Assembly: GCF_006345805.1 (NCBI RefSeq)
Contig: NW_021833264.1
Coordinates: 1 to 64,000 of the forward strand
Direction of reading: 5' to 3'
Length of the DNA stretch: 64,000 nucleotides
Origin: Octopus sinensis
Taxonomy: Eukaryota
Made by a program: the position numbers and the translations under genes. Positions 36,681-48,290 of the stretch are shown piece by piece. Within the stretch, counting starts at the first letter, position 1; each line of letters begins with the position of its first letter. Below the pieces are notes generated by a model that saw nothing but the letters and a program-made list of their open reading frames with translations, ran no database searches and was not told the DNA's origin.

Positions 36681-37150
36681 CTCTCTTTACTTGTTTCAGT
36701 CATTTAACTGTGGCCATGCTGGAGCACCGCCTTTAGTCAAGCAAATCAACCCCAGGACTTATGCTTTGTAAGCTTAGTACTTCTTCTATCGGTCTCTTTT
36801 GCTGAACCTCTAAGTTACGGGACATATACACACACATACACATACATATATATATATATATATAGATATATATATATATATATTATATATATAGATATAT
36901 ATATATATATATACATATATACGACGGGCTTCTTTCAGTTTCCGTCTACCAAATCCACTCACAAGGCTTTGGTCGGCCCGAGGCTATAGTAGAAGACACT
37001 TGCCCAAGGTGCTACGCAGTACGACTGAACCCGGAACTATGTGGTTCGTAAGCAAGCTACTTACCACACAGCCACTCCTACGCCTACTTAAGTTTGTTTA
37101 TGAGCCTGGTACTTATTCTATCGGCCTCTTTTTACCGATTCGATAAGTTA
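36395..37150 (-). mobile_element. Nested SINE B copies (diverged 36395-36600; younger 36682-37086)
   Basis: Two tails; ~70 bp of the old copy reappears at 37085-37150. Confidence 0.75.
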
Positions 37151-37774
37151 CGGTAAATATATATATATATATTTATAAATGAGGGTGAAAAATTGATATT
37201 AATTTAATAATACCATTAATTTAACACCGAGTGGCTTAGCACAAAAAACTACGGAGAAAATACAAATTTATACATAAATTATTAGAGAGTTAACCACTAT
37301 GTGGATAACTCTAGTGCTAAAAATAGCCCCGATAGTATAGCCACAGAAAAAAGATGTTTCCAACTAGAAGTAACATACATTTAACGGAAGGAAAGTGAAA
37401 TATGACGAATAAATAGTACACGAGGGTTTCTTTCAGTTTCCTTTTACCAAATCCACATACAAGGTCTTGGTCGGCCTGAGGCTATAGTAGAGAACACCTG
37501 CCCAAGGTACCACGCAGTAGGAGTGAATTCAGAACCACGTGGTTGGGAAGCAAACTTCATAAAAGACAGCCACGCCTGCGCCATTGTAAATATGGTTCGC
37601 TTAAACTTTTAGACAAAGTGTTTCATGAAGAAGTGATTGCGATAAATAATAAATTATCATGTATTGAACTCCGACCGAATATTTAAACAAACGTACAGCA
37701 TTTGTTATCTACTCGTTAGGAGTTCAATACACGACACTGTGCTTAAGAAATAAGCAAATTACAAAACTTGACAA

Positions 37775-37816
37775 TGGCGTCGTTGATAGGATTCGAACCT
37801 ATGCAGGGAAACTCAT
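37775..37816 (-). pseudogene. tRNA-Ser-like 3' half with CCA
   Basis: Minus: AATGAGTTTCCCTGC ATAGG-TTCGAAT-CCTAT CAACGAC G CCA (variable arm, T-arm, acceptor strand, G73, CCA). Confidence 0.65.
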
Positions 37817-37901
37817 TCTCGAGTTTTGTAATTTTGTTGTTCCATGAGCACAGGAACAAGGACTAAATAGCCGTAAACTGCGAATTTTTATCTTACTGTG
37901 A

Positions 37902-38285
37902 TGGAAGCACTCCGTCGGTTACGACGACGAGGGTTCCGGTTGATCCGAATCAACGGAACAGCCTGCTCGTGAAATTAACGTGTAAGCGGCTGAGCACTCC
38001 ACAGACACGTGTACCCTTAACGTAGTTCTCGGGGATATTCAGCGTGACACAGAGAGTGACAAGGCCGGCCCCTTGAAATACAGGTACAACAGAAACAGGA
38101 AGTAAGAGTGAGAGAAAATTGTGGTGAAAGAGTACACCAGGGATCACTACCATCCCCTGCCGGAGCCTCGTGGAGCTTTAGGTGTTTTCGCTCAATAAAC
38201 ACTCACAACGCCCGGTCTGGGAATCGAAACCGCGATCCTACGACCGCGAGTCCGCTGCCCTAACCACTGGGCCATTGCGCCTCCA
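37902..38285 (-). mobile_element. SINE A1, full length
   Basis: TSD tatcttactgt. Confidence 0.92.
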
Positions 38286-38337
38286 CTATCTTACTGTAAC
38301 GGAAGCAGAACGTACTAGAAGGGGTAACAACAACCGG

Positions 38338-38533
38338 TGGAGGCGCAATGGCCCAGTGGTTACGGCAGCGGACTCGCGGTCGTAGGATCGTGGTTTCGAT
38401 TCCCAGACCGGGCATTGGGAGTGTTTATTGAGCAAAAACACCTAAAGCTCCACGAAGCTCCAGCGGGGGGAGGGTGGTGAACCCTGCTGTACTCTTTCGC
38501 CACAACTTTCTCTCACTCTTCTTCCTACTTCTG
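38338..38533 (+). mobile_element. SINE A, 5' part
   Basis: tggaggcgcaatggcccagtgg...actttctctcactctt. Confidence 0.85.
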
Positions 38534-38734
38534 CTCCAAAGCAGAGGAACCATGGCGTAACCCACTGTGGTGTGGTAAACTTTCAGACCCTAGTCTTGAT
38601 TGTAAAAGAACTCAGAAGGTTGGGAGGCGTCCACCCAGGTCTTTCACGATACCCTTAAAGCCAGGAACTTTTCAGCACCCCATCATACAATAATATTCAT
38701 AATGCAGTTTGATCGGCAAACTGAGACATCAGAA

Positions 38735-39135
38735 CCTATTTCTGTATTACCCACAAGGGGCAAAACATAGAGGGGACAAACAAGGACAGACATAGGTATT
38801 AAGTCGATTACATCGACCCCAGTGCGTAACTGGTACTTAATTTATCGACCCCGGAAGGATGAAAGGCAAAGTCGACCTCGGCGGAATTTGAACTCAGAAC
38901 GTAACGGCAGACGAAATACCTATTTCTTTATTACCCACAAGGGGCTAAACATAGAGGGGACAAACAAGGACAGACATAGGTATTAAGTCGATTACATCGA
39001 CCCCAGTGCGTAACTGGTACTTAATTTATCGACCCCGGAATGATGAAAGGCAAAGTCGACCTCGGCGGAATTTGAACTCAGAACGTAACGGCAGACGAAA
39101 TACCTCTAAGCATTTCGCCCGGCGTGCTAACGTTT
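38735..39135 (-). mobile_element. SINE D tandem dimer
   Basis: Two ~180-bp units plus head; 16-bp TSD ctgagacatcagaacc at 38721 and 39136. Confidence 0.9.
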
Positions 39136-39426
39136 CTGAGACATCAGAACCAACACCATCTCAATTTCTTCATAAATCCTGTGGTCCCAGGGAAAGTATA
39201 GCGTAAGTATAGGATCATATGGAAAGTCTTCAGCTTTGACTCCGCACACATGTAACCATAGGATGATGATAGCCATTTTCCACTGGCCTGGTACAATTAT
39301 CGACAAAGTATCCAGCTAGGAACATTGCTCAGTTGTGTCTTGCTGAGATCCTATTCGTCGAAGCGATGAGAAAGCGCCACACAAGACACACACACGCATT
39401 CACGCACACGCGCACGCGTATGCATA

Positions 39427-39849
39427 CTCTTTTACTCTTTACTCTTTTACTTGTTTCAGTCATTTGACTGCGGCCATGTTGGAGCACCGCCTTTAGTCGA
39501 GCAAATCGACCCCGGGACTTATTCTTTGTAAGCCCAGTACTTATTCTATCGGTCTCTTTTGCCGACCCGCTAAGTGACGGGGACGTAAACACACCAGCAT
39601 CGGTTGTCAAGCAATGCTAGGGGGATAAACACAGACACACAAACACATACATACACACACATATATATATATATGAATATATATACGACGGCTTCTTTCA
39701 GTTTCCCTCTACCAAATCCACTCACAAGGCATTGATCGGCCCGGGGCTATAGCATAAGACACTTGCCCAAGATGCCACGCAGTGGGACCGAACCCGGAAC
39801 CATGTGGTTGGTTAGCAAGCTACTTACCACACAGCCACTCCTGCGCCTA
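39427..39849 (-). mobile_element. SINE family B
   Basis: Full length. Confidence 0.9.
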
Positions 39850-40038
39850 TGTGTACATTTATAATGGAATCCGTGATTTAAAAAAGTATGGTTAAAATTG
39901 TGTAAGAATTAAGTATTGGTGTGTGTTTCAGTGAAATAAATGAAAAGAAAATTTTGTCTAAAATGTATTTAATATACTAAATAATGATAAAATTCAGAAA
40001 AATAATTTTTGAAGTTAAAATACGTCAACAGCTGGAAC

Positions 40039-40550
40039 GTCGTCCATTCTTTTTGATATTACTGCGTCATCCATTATCGTTGACGTTACAATGCCATCCA
40101 TTATTGTTGACGTTTCAATGTCATCCATTATTGTTGACATTACTTTGCCATCTGAAATTGTTGACGTTAATGTGTCATCCTGTATTGATGACGTTATAGT
40201 TTCATTCATTTTTGTTGATGCTATCGTCAGCCGTTATTATTGACATTACTGTTTGATCTACTATTATTGAAGATACTGTGTCATCCAATATTATTGACGT
40301 TGCTATTTAATCCTGTATTGTTGACGCTAGTGTCATCCATTATTATTTGACATTACTGTGTCACTCACTATTGTTAACGTTAATGTCGTCCATTATAATT
40401 GACGTTACGGATCATCAGTTATTACTATATTATTCATTATTGCTGTCATCGATGTATCATTCGTTGAGGAGATTGCTGCGTCATCTATTATTATCGTTGA
40501 CGTTACTATGTCATCAGTTATTGTTGGTGTTAGTATGTCATCCACTTTTG
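40039..40550. repeat. Degenerate 27-bp minisatellite
   Basis: Consensus gtcatccattattgttgacgttactat, roughly 19 units. Confidence 0.85.
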
Positions 40551-40689
40551 ATCCATCCAGCCACGCCGACTTCAACACCAGGTTCATCGTGTCCATGTAC
40601 GCCAGCTTCGTTGAATTTACGGTCCAAGTCTCGTTTATCGTCACGCCCACCTGCAGCAAGCACCTCCTCTTCAACGTCACGTGATTGAT

Positions 40690-42058
40690 GAGTCCTCCGA
40701 AGTTGATTGTTTGCTCGGTAAATCAGGTGATTCCGACTTCAGTAGCAATGTTGAGTATCCGTTACATCAAAGGGGCAATGAGCAGCAGTTCATGGCCCAC
40801 AGAATGTGGTGTGGCAAGCGATGGACAATTTTTCGTGACGGTGCGGTGTTTTGCTACCCGTGATATAAAAGCAAACCTTCGAAATCACAGTTCGCCATTG
40901 GAGATTTTCCATGAATTCACGAGGATGAAACGTCTGAATAAAAACCCGACGAAACGAATGAGTATACTGTGGAGGCACATAGCCTAGTGGTTAGAGCAGC
41001 GGACTCGCCGTCGAGGGATCGCGGGTTCAAATCTCAGACCGAGCGATGTGTGTGTTTATGAGCGAAACACCTAAGCTCCACGCGGCTCCAGCAGAAGGTA
41101 ATGGCGAACTTCTGCTGACTCTTTCGCCACATCTTTCTCTCACTCTTTCCTCCTGCATCTTGCAACTCACCTGCGACGGACCGGCGTCCCGTCGAAGTGG
41201 GGAACCTACACGCCAAGGAAACCGGGAAACCGGCCCTTATGAGCCAGGCATGGCTCGAGAAGGAACAATCATATCAATTCCGGTGGAGGCACATGGCCAA
41301 GTGGTTAGAGCAGTGGACTTGTGGTTAAGAGAATATGGGTTCGAATCTCAGACCGGGCGATGTGTTTGTTTATGAGCGAAACACCTAAGCTCCACGCGGC
41401 TCCAGAAGAAGGTAATGGCGAACTTCTGCTGACTTTTTCGCCACAACTTTCTCTCACTCTTTCCTCCTGCATCTTGCAACTCACCTGCGACGGACCGGCG
41501 TCCCGTCCAAGTGGGGAACCTACACGCCAAGGAAACCGGGAAACCGACCCTTATGAGCCACGCATGGCTCGAGAAGGAACAAACAAAAAAACAATGAGTA
41601 TACTGCGAATCATCGTCGGAGTGCAAAGCCCAGACATGACGCTGAATGGGACTCAACTAGAAGTGACAAAGCTTTCAATACATTGTTCATCTTTATGGAT
41701 ATTGTAAAGAAACTGACTCACGCTTGATATAAGAGCTGAGACTCCGATGCTGCAGCGCCTTTCCTTGCGGAGAAGATGTCCGTGATTGGTTTTTTGCGCC
41801 GCTGAAAAACCTTCATTTCGACTCCGGTGACAACAACGAGGGTAGGCTTCACAAAATTTGTCCTATAATTGACGAAATAGCAGAAAATTTCAGAACAATT
41901 TATATACCCACTGATGAAAGTCTGTGGAATTTCAAGGGGCGGCTGAAATTCAAGCAGTACAATCCTAGAAGGTGTGCTCGCTCCATGATAAAAGTTTATA
42001 AGGTGTCTCAGTTATCTGGTGCAGCCTACGGCTATACTTGGAACTGTAAGATGCACAT
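40690..42058 (+). pseudogene. piggyBac-type transposase relic
   Basis: SPLEIFHEF..DETNEY | EWDS..KAF..LFIFMDIVKK..PFLAEKMS..LKNLHF..RLHKICPIIDE..DESLWNFKGRLKFKQYNP..IKVYK..GYTWN. Confidence 0.85.
40970..41592 (+). mobile_element. SINE A2 tandem dimer in the piggyBac relic
   Basis: 13-bp TSD aatgagtatactg at 40957 and 41593. Confidence 0.92.
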
Positions 42059-42216
42059 TAGGCGCAGGAGTAGCTGCGTGGTAAGTAGCTTGCTTACTAA
42101 CCACATGGTTCAGTCCCACTGCGTGGTACCTTGGGCAGGGGTTTTCTACTATAGCCTCGGGCCGACCAAAGCGTTGAGTGGATTTGGTAGATGGAAACTG
42201 AAAGAAGCCCGTCGTA

Positions 42217-42247
<31 letters not shown>

Positions 42248-42967
42248 GATTGATTGATTGATTCTAGTTTCAGCTCACGAGCTGTGGCCATGCTGGGGCA
42301 CCGCCATTTTGTGTTGCTACATGGTTTTACTTCACGAATGCTTTTTAGCAACTGCCATTTGGTGCATGAGAGAGTTCGATGCAGCTGCCCTCATCTGCAC
42401 CTCCTGCCGTGAAGTTGGTGCATCTGGGATACCTGACAAGAAGAGATCCAGTTTCATTTTAAAGACATCTGCATCCACCCCATACAGGTCTCTTAGGTTC
42501 TTCGGGAGGATATTGAAGAGCTGTGGGCCTCGGAAGCCCAGGCTATCACAGTATCTTGTCCTACATCTTGATGGCAAATTTGGAGTCCTTGGCACCACAC
42601 ATATATATATTATATATATATGATTGATTGATTGATTCTAGTTTCAGCTCACGAGCTGTGGCCATGCTGGGGCACCGCCATTTTGTGTTGCTACATGGTT
42701 TTACTTCACGAATGCTTTTTAGCAACTGCCATTTGGTGCATGAGAGAGTTCGATGCAGCTGCCCTCATCTGCACCTCCTGCCGTGAAGTTGGTGCATCTG
42801 GGATACCTGACAAGAAGATCCAGTTCATTTTAAGACATCTGCATCCACCCCATGCAGGTCTCTTAGGTTCTTCGGGAGGATATTGAAGAGCTGTGGGCCT
42901 CGGAAGCCCAGGCTATCACAGTATCTTGTCCTACATCTTGATGGCAAATTTGGAGTCCTTGGCACCA

Positions 42968-43005
<38 letters not shown>

Positions 43006-43121
43006 TTTGTGTGCGTGTGTGTGTGTGTGTGTGCGTGTGTGTGTTTGTGCGTCTGTGTTTTTCCACCCAACATCGCTTGACAACAGATGCTGGTGTGTTT
43101 ACGTCCCCGTAACTTAGCGGT
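42059..43121 (+). mobile_element. SINE B split by LINE 3' ends in its (TA)n
   Basis: Head 42059-42215; body resumes ~43020-43121. Confidence 0.8.
42247..42968 (-). mobile_element. Tandem duplicated CR1/L2-group LINE 3' end (2 x ~350 bp)
   Basis: RGPQLFNILPKNLRDL.GVDADVFKMKLDLFLSGIPD..RAAASNSL; tail GGCGGTGCCCCAGCATGGCCACAGCTCGTGAGCTGAAAC then (ATCA)n. Confidence 0.85.
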
Positions 43122-43534
43122 TCATTTCCGCACTAATACCGCAAAAGCGTTCTGCCCAGCGATTACAGTTTACAGAGATGAACAGTGCATGCTTTAAAAC
43201 GGTTGACGTAAATATACGTCGAACCGTTGTCGAGCGCTAATTGCTGATCTCAACCGAGATGATTACCGTCAGAGCAACCTAGTTGCCTAATAAATGAATA
43301 AAAAATGCCATGGGATTAAATTCTTTGCCAAGAACAAACGAATCCCTTATGTCTGTGTTTGCGCGTATGTGTTCATAGCAAACCTAGATGCTAACCGGGA
43401 ACTTTGGAAAACCTTTATTCTGTTCCAATAAACTGTTATGGGTCCTGAAAGTTATTTTTTTTATACTTATCCCGTACCTACCACGAAGCCTACTAACTTT
43501 TTCTACCGAGATCTTGGATCTTTCAACTACATAT

Positions 43535-44128
43535 TAGGCGCAGTAGGCGCAGGAGTGGCTGTGTGGTAAGTAGCTTGTTTACCAACCACATGGTTCCGGG
43601 TTCAGTCCCACTGTGTGGCACCTTGGGCAAGTGTCTTCTACTATAGCCTCGGGCCGACCCCAAGCCCTGTGAGTGGATTTGGAGATGGAAACTGAAGAAG
43701 CCCTCATATATATGTATTTGTATATAGATATATATACACTGGCGCAGGAGTGGCTGTGTGTAAGTGTTTGTCCCCCCACATGGCTTGAGTCCACTGCGTT
43801 GGCCCTTGGGCAAGTGTCTTCTACTATAGCCTCGGGCCGACCAAAGCCCTGTGAGTGGATTTGGTAGACGGAACTGAAAGAAGCCCGTCAATATATGTAG
43901 ATATATATGAGTGTATGTGTGTCTGTGTTTGTCCCCTAGCATTGCTTGACAAGGCTGGTGTGTTTATGTCCCCCGTTACTCAACCTCAGCGTTCGGCAAA
44001 AAGAGACCGATAGAATAAGTACTGGGCTTACAAAGAATAAGTCCCGGGATGAATTGCTCGATAAAGGCGGTGCTAGCATGGCGCAGTCAAATGACTGAAC
44101 AAGTAAAGAGTAAAAAGAGTAAAAAGAG
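43535..44128 (+). mobile_element. SINE B tandem (head duplicated)
   Basis: Heads at ~43544 and ~43741, one tail. Confidence 0.82.
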
Positions 44129-44353
44129 TAATATATATGTATGTATATTTATGTACGTGCTTATATTATGTGTGTATATATATATATATATGCGTGTGTT
44201 GTGTGTGTGTATATATATATATATATATTGATTTTGATTTTTTGATTTTTCCAGTTTCAGCTAATGAGCTGTGGCCATGCTGGGGCACCGCCATATATGT
44301 GTGTGTGTGTGTATGTAGTATTATGTATATGTTGTCGTATGTATATGTGTATG

Positions 44354-44400
<47 letters not shown>

Positions 44401-44468
44401 TATATATAAATATATATATTCATACATATATACACACATATATATATAAGCGCGTACATAAATACATA

Positions 44469-44981
44469 CCGTAAATCCTCGAGTATAATCCGCATTTTTT
44501 CCCCTAAATCTGAAGGTCAAAATCCCTATTTCGTACTATATACGAGGTTAAAAATGAAAATAATTTTCTAAGCAATGTCCGAGTCTCTATTTGCTGTCCG
44601 GCAATGTTTATTCAGACGCATTTTGTGATGTCGAGCGCGAAAATACCTTAAGCTAAGCCTGAAAGCAATGAAGTCATAAAAGAATCATCCATAACTTGCA
44701 GTAAGCAACATTTATTAAACGTTATTACTGTTATTTCTTTATTTTCTGCAAACAAAATGCACAAAAAAGCTACACGTTTGCATTATGTTATATATACAAT
44801 AATAATAAAGGACGTTACCGTATACATTTTTACAAACCAAGGATGTTATATAGATCTCCTTGACTCAAGTTAGAGAAGGGATGCGTATTATACACAAGGT
44901 TTAGGTTTTTTCAGAGGTACAGCCCCCTAAAAATCCCCTGCGTATTATACTCAAGGATGGACTATGCTCGAGGATTTACAG
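44469..44981. mobile_element. pogo/Tc1-type MITE
   Basis: TIRs CCGTAAATCCTCGAGTATAATCC / GGACTATGCTCGAGGATTTACAG; TA TSD. Confidence 0.88.
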
Positions 44982-44996
44982 TATACATACAATTTG

Positions 44997-45030
<34 letters not shown>

Positions 45031-45034
<4 letters not shown>

Positions 45035-45220
45035 CAAATTTACAAAAGACGAATACAGGTGCAGGAACAACAAGTAGATATATTAGTTTAACGCTCGGGC
45101 AGAATGCAAAAGTCTTTGACGTTTCGAGGCTACGCTCTTCAACAGAAAGGATTAAGAAGAAAAAAATGGAGAGAGAACGAAAAAACGAAAAGAGTAAAAA
45201 TGTATGGGGATTAACGATTC
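45031..45220 (-). mobile_element. Probable Penelope-like pseudo-LTR fragment
   Basis: Bounded by (TA)n; contains a minimal hammerhead-like fold; start recurs at 48162. Confidence 0.55.
45114..45149 (-). ncRNA. Minimal hammerhead ribozyme-like variant
   Basis: CTTT-CTGTTGA-A-GAG(CGTAGC)CTC-GAAA-CGT-C-AAAG. Confidence 0.45.
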
Positions 45221-45230
45221 AGCATGACGG

Positions 45231-45268
<38 letters not shown>

Positions 45269-45271
45269 ATA

Positions 45272-45400
45272 CAGGGTGTTCCCAAAAATGTATACACATT
45301 GTGGTTCGGCAAAAGAGAACGATAGAATAAGTACTAGGCTTACAAAGAATAACAAATTTACAATTATTTAAGGTGTGTATACATTTTTTGGGACACCCTG
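45272..45400. mobile_element. Tc1/mariner-type MITE
   Basis: ~27-bp TIRs CAGGGTGTTCCCAAAAATGTATACACA; TA flanks. Confidence 0.88.
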
Positions 45401-45482
45401 TATATATAGATAGATAGATAGAGAGATAGATGGGATAGATAGATATAGATATAGATATGTATATATATGTATGTACATATAT

Positions 45483-45515
<33 letters not shown>

Positions 45516-45540
45516 CATACATATATATACATATATATAT

Positions 45541-45910
45541 ATTCTTTTAAACGTTTCAATCATTTAACAGCGGCCATGCTGGAGCACTACCTTAAAAGGT
45601 TTTAGTCGAAGAATTCGACCGCAGGACTTATTCATTGTAAGCCTAGTACTTATTTTATCGGTCCCTTTTGCCGAACCGAAGGTTACGGGGACATACATAT
45701 ATTAACACCGGTTGTTAAACGATGACGGGGGTACAGAAAAAGGCACAAACATAAACATATATACATATATATAAATACCACGGGCTTCTTTCAGTTTCCG
45801 TCAACCAAATCCCCTGACTATAGTAGAATACCTTTTCCCAAGGTTCCACGCACTGGAACTGAACTCGAAACTATGTGCTTAGGAAGCAAGCGTCTTACCA
45901 CACACACTCA
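45541..45910 (-). mobile_element. Diverged SINE B
   Basis: Tail, core and head recognisable. Confidence 0.75.
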
Positions 45911-46729
45911 CATAGTGGAGTCTATTTTTATTTTTTTTAATGTGCTTTCTTGGTTTTGCCTGTTCACCACTACAAGGCCAGACCCCCCCCCCTCCTGAAT
46001 CCGGCCTTGTCGTGACGAGTGGACTTGTGTGTTCAATAGCTCCGTGAGAGGGTTACCGACTGAAGTTCTGCTCCTGATAAGGCCGTCTGGAGCTCTGTTT
46101 CCGGGCGAGCAGGCCTCCAGGGGAAATTCCAGACTAACGGCAACCCACAGGCTTTGGTCGGCCCGAGACTATAGCAGAAGAGAAGGGGTGCGTATTATAC
46201 ACAAGGTTTAGGTTATTTCAGAGGTACAGCCCCCTAAAAATCCCCTGTGTATTATACTCAAGGGTGGACTATGCTCGAGGATTTACGGTACGTACAATTT
46301 GAACTATATATATATATGGCAGCCCCATCATCCGACTATTTTGCAGGTAAGCAACAACCTGCCCAGAAGAACCCTCGACCTCTTACGACACCAACCATCT
46401 TCTGTTATATACGTCTCAATTTGGCAAATATGTTGCGTTCATAACTTAGGTGTTTACTTATCCCAACGTAGCCGAAATGAAACTAATGCAATGTAATAAA
46501 TGTAATGTGTTTATTGTATCATAATAATATTTCGGCAATTCTCTCTTGGTAAAGAGAAGATGAAACGACTACAGTATTATGTAATAAGGTGTGTTTGTTC
46601 AATCTCATCCCACTTCTTTACACAATACACACATTGTATATTCTGGCACCGCTAAAATATACGTACACCTGCATATATTTACACACAGTCCTCTAGGATT
46701 TTTCAGTTAACACTTACAGGACGATCCAG

Positions 46730-47076
46730 GTTAATTGACCAGACATAATTATTAAAGGCTAATTGACCAGACATTATTATTAAAGACATAAAATTAAAAA
46801 AAGAAAAGACTTATACGCTAATAGATGTAAGTATTCCCGCTGATAAATAAATATCTGTATATAACTAAGTAAATATAAGGACCTGGAAATTGAAATAAAG
46901 TGATGCAGTATCTTAAAGTGAGGACTATTTCTGTTATTGTGGGTACCCTAGGTATGACAAAAAAAGAATGTCAGAAACATCTAGATAATATACCAGGAGA
47001 ACCATGTCTCAGAGAAATCCAAAAGATTGTACAGACAAGTACTGCCCACATCCTTAGAAAAACCCCATCCATTTAA
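46730..47076 (+). mobile_element. Old R4/Dong-like RLE relic
   Basis: N*PDIIIKD..IDVSIPAD..KYKDLEIEI..ISVIVGTLGM..REIQKIVQTSTAHILRKT. Confidence 0.8.
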
Positions 47077-47244
47077 ATGTTTGTGCTGTATAACATGAAG
47101 ATATTTCGCTACTGTCCCTGCCACTTCCCCTCCCCAGGCTTTTAGTCAAACTGTAGCATCTCTTATCATTCACTCGCCCCAGGACACTGGGTGTGTCGCG
47201 GCAAGTGACTGTTACAAACATGCAGGTTAAAAGTAAAAATGACA

Positions 47245-47466
47245 ATAATAACAAAAATAATCCTTTCTACTATTGGCACACAGACTAAAATTCTGGGGGA
47301 GGGTCTAGTCGATTGGCTGGACCCTAGTACGCAACTGGTCCTTAATTTATTGACCAAGAAAAGAAGAAAGGCAAAGTTGACCTCAACTGAATTTGATCTC
47401 AGAACGTAGCTGCAGACGAAATACCGCTAAACATTTCAGCCGGCGTGCTAACGATTCTGCCAGCTC
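47245..47466 (-). mobile_element. SINE D
   Basis: Head gagctggcagaatcgttagc on minus, core present. Confidence 0.8.
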
Positions 47467-47683
47467 GGACAGACAGACAGACGCAATGGATGCTTGCTTT
47501 GGCGGGAGACGGTGGGTTGCGTGGGGTGTTGGAGGTGGCGGCAGCAGTTTCGGTGGCGGCGCTGGTGATTGTGGTGGTGGTGGGAGGGGGGTGCATGTCT
47601 GAGGTGAAGGCAGGAAGAGGAAGGGAGGAAGAAGTGGTGGAAACGAAGTCGAGTCTTGGCTTGTGTTGGTGTTCGGGACAGTC

Positions 47684-47728
<45 letters not shown>

Positions 47729-47789
47729 ATAGTAATAGTAGTAGTGGCAGAAGTGATGGTGGTAGTTATGAGTGGGTGGTTGGGTGCAC

Positions 47790-47835
47790 GGCATTTGCGG
47801 TTGTCAAGCGATGTTGGAAGACAAACACAGACACA

Positions 47836-47903
<68 letters not shown>

Positions 47904-48110
47904 ATACATATACGACGGGCTTCTTTCAGTTTCCGTCAACCAAATCCACTGTCAAGGCTTTGGTCGGCCCGAGGCTATAGCAGAAGAGAAGGGGTGCGTA
48001 TTATACACAAGGTTTAGGTTATTTCAGAGGTACAGCCCCCTAAAAATCCCCTGTGTATTATACTCAAGGGTGGGCTATGCTCGAGGATTTACGGTACGTA
48101 CAATTTGAAC

Positions 48111-48165
<55 letters not shown>

Positions 48166-48290
48166 CAAATTTACAAAAGACGAAGACAGGTGAAGGAACA
48201 ACAAGTAGGTATATTAGGTGCAACGCAGTGGGACTGAACACGGAACCATGTGGTTGGTAAACAAGCTACTTATCACATATCCACTCCTGA
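47790..48290 (-). mobile_element. SINE B interrupted by a 230-bp composite insertion
   Basis: Breaks at ctatagcagaag and resumes at gtgcaacgcagtggg. Confidence 0.8.

Noticed and set aside
40039-40550. CRISPR-like array
   Set aside because: Units are directly abutting with no unique spacers; eukaryotic context and no cas genes.
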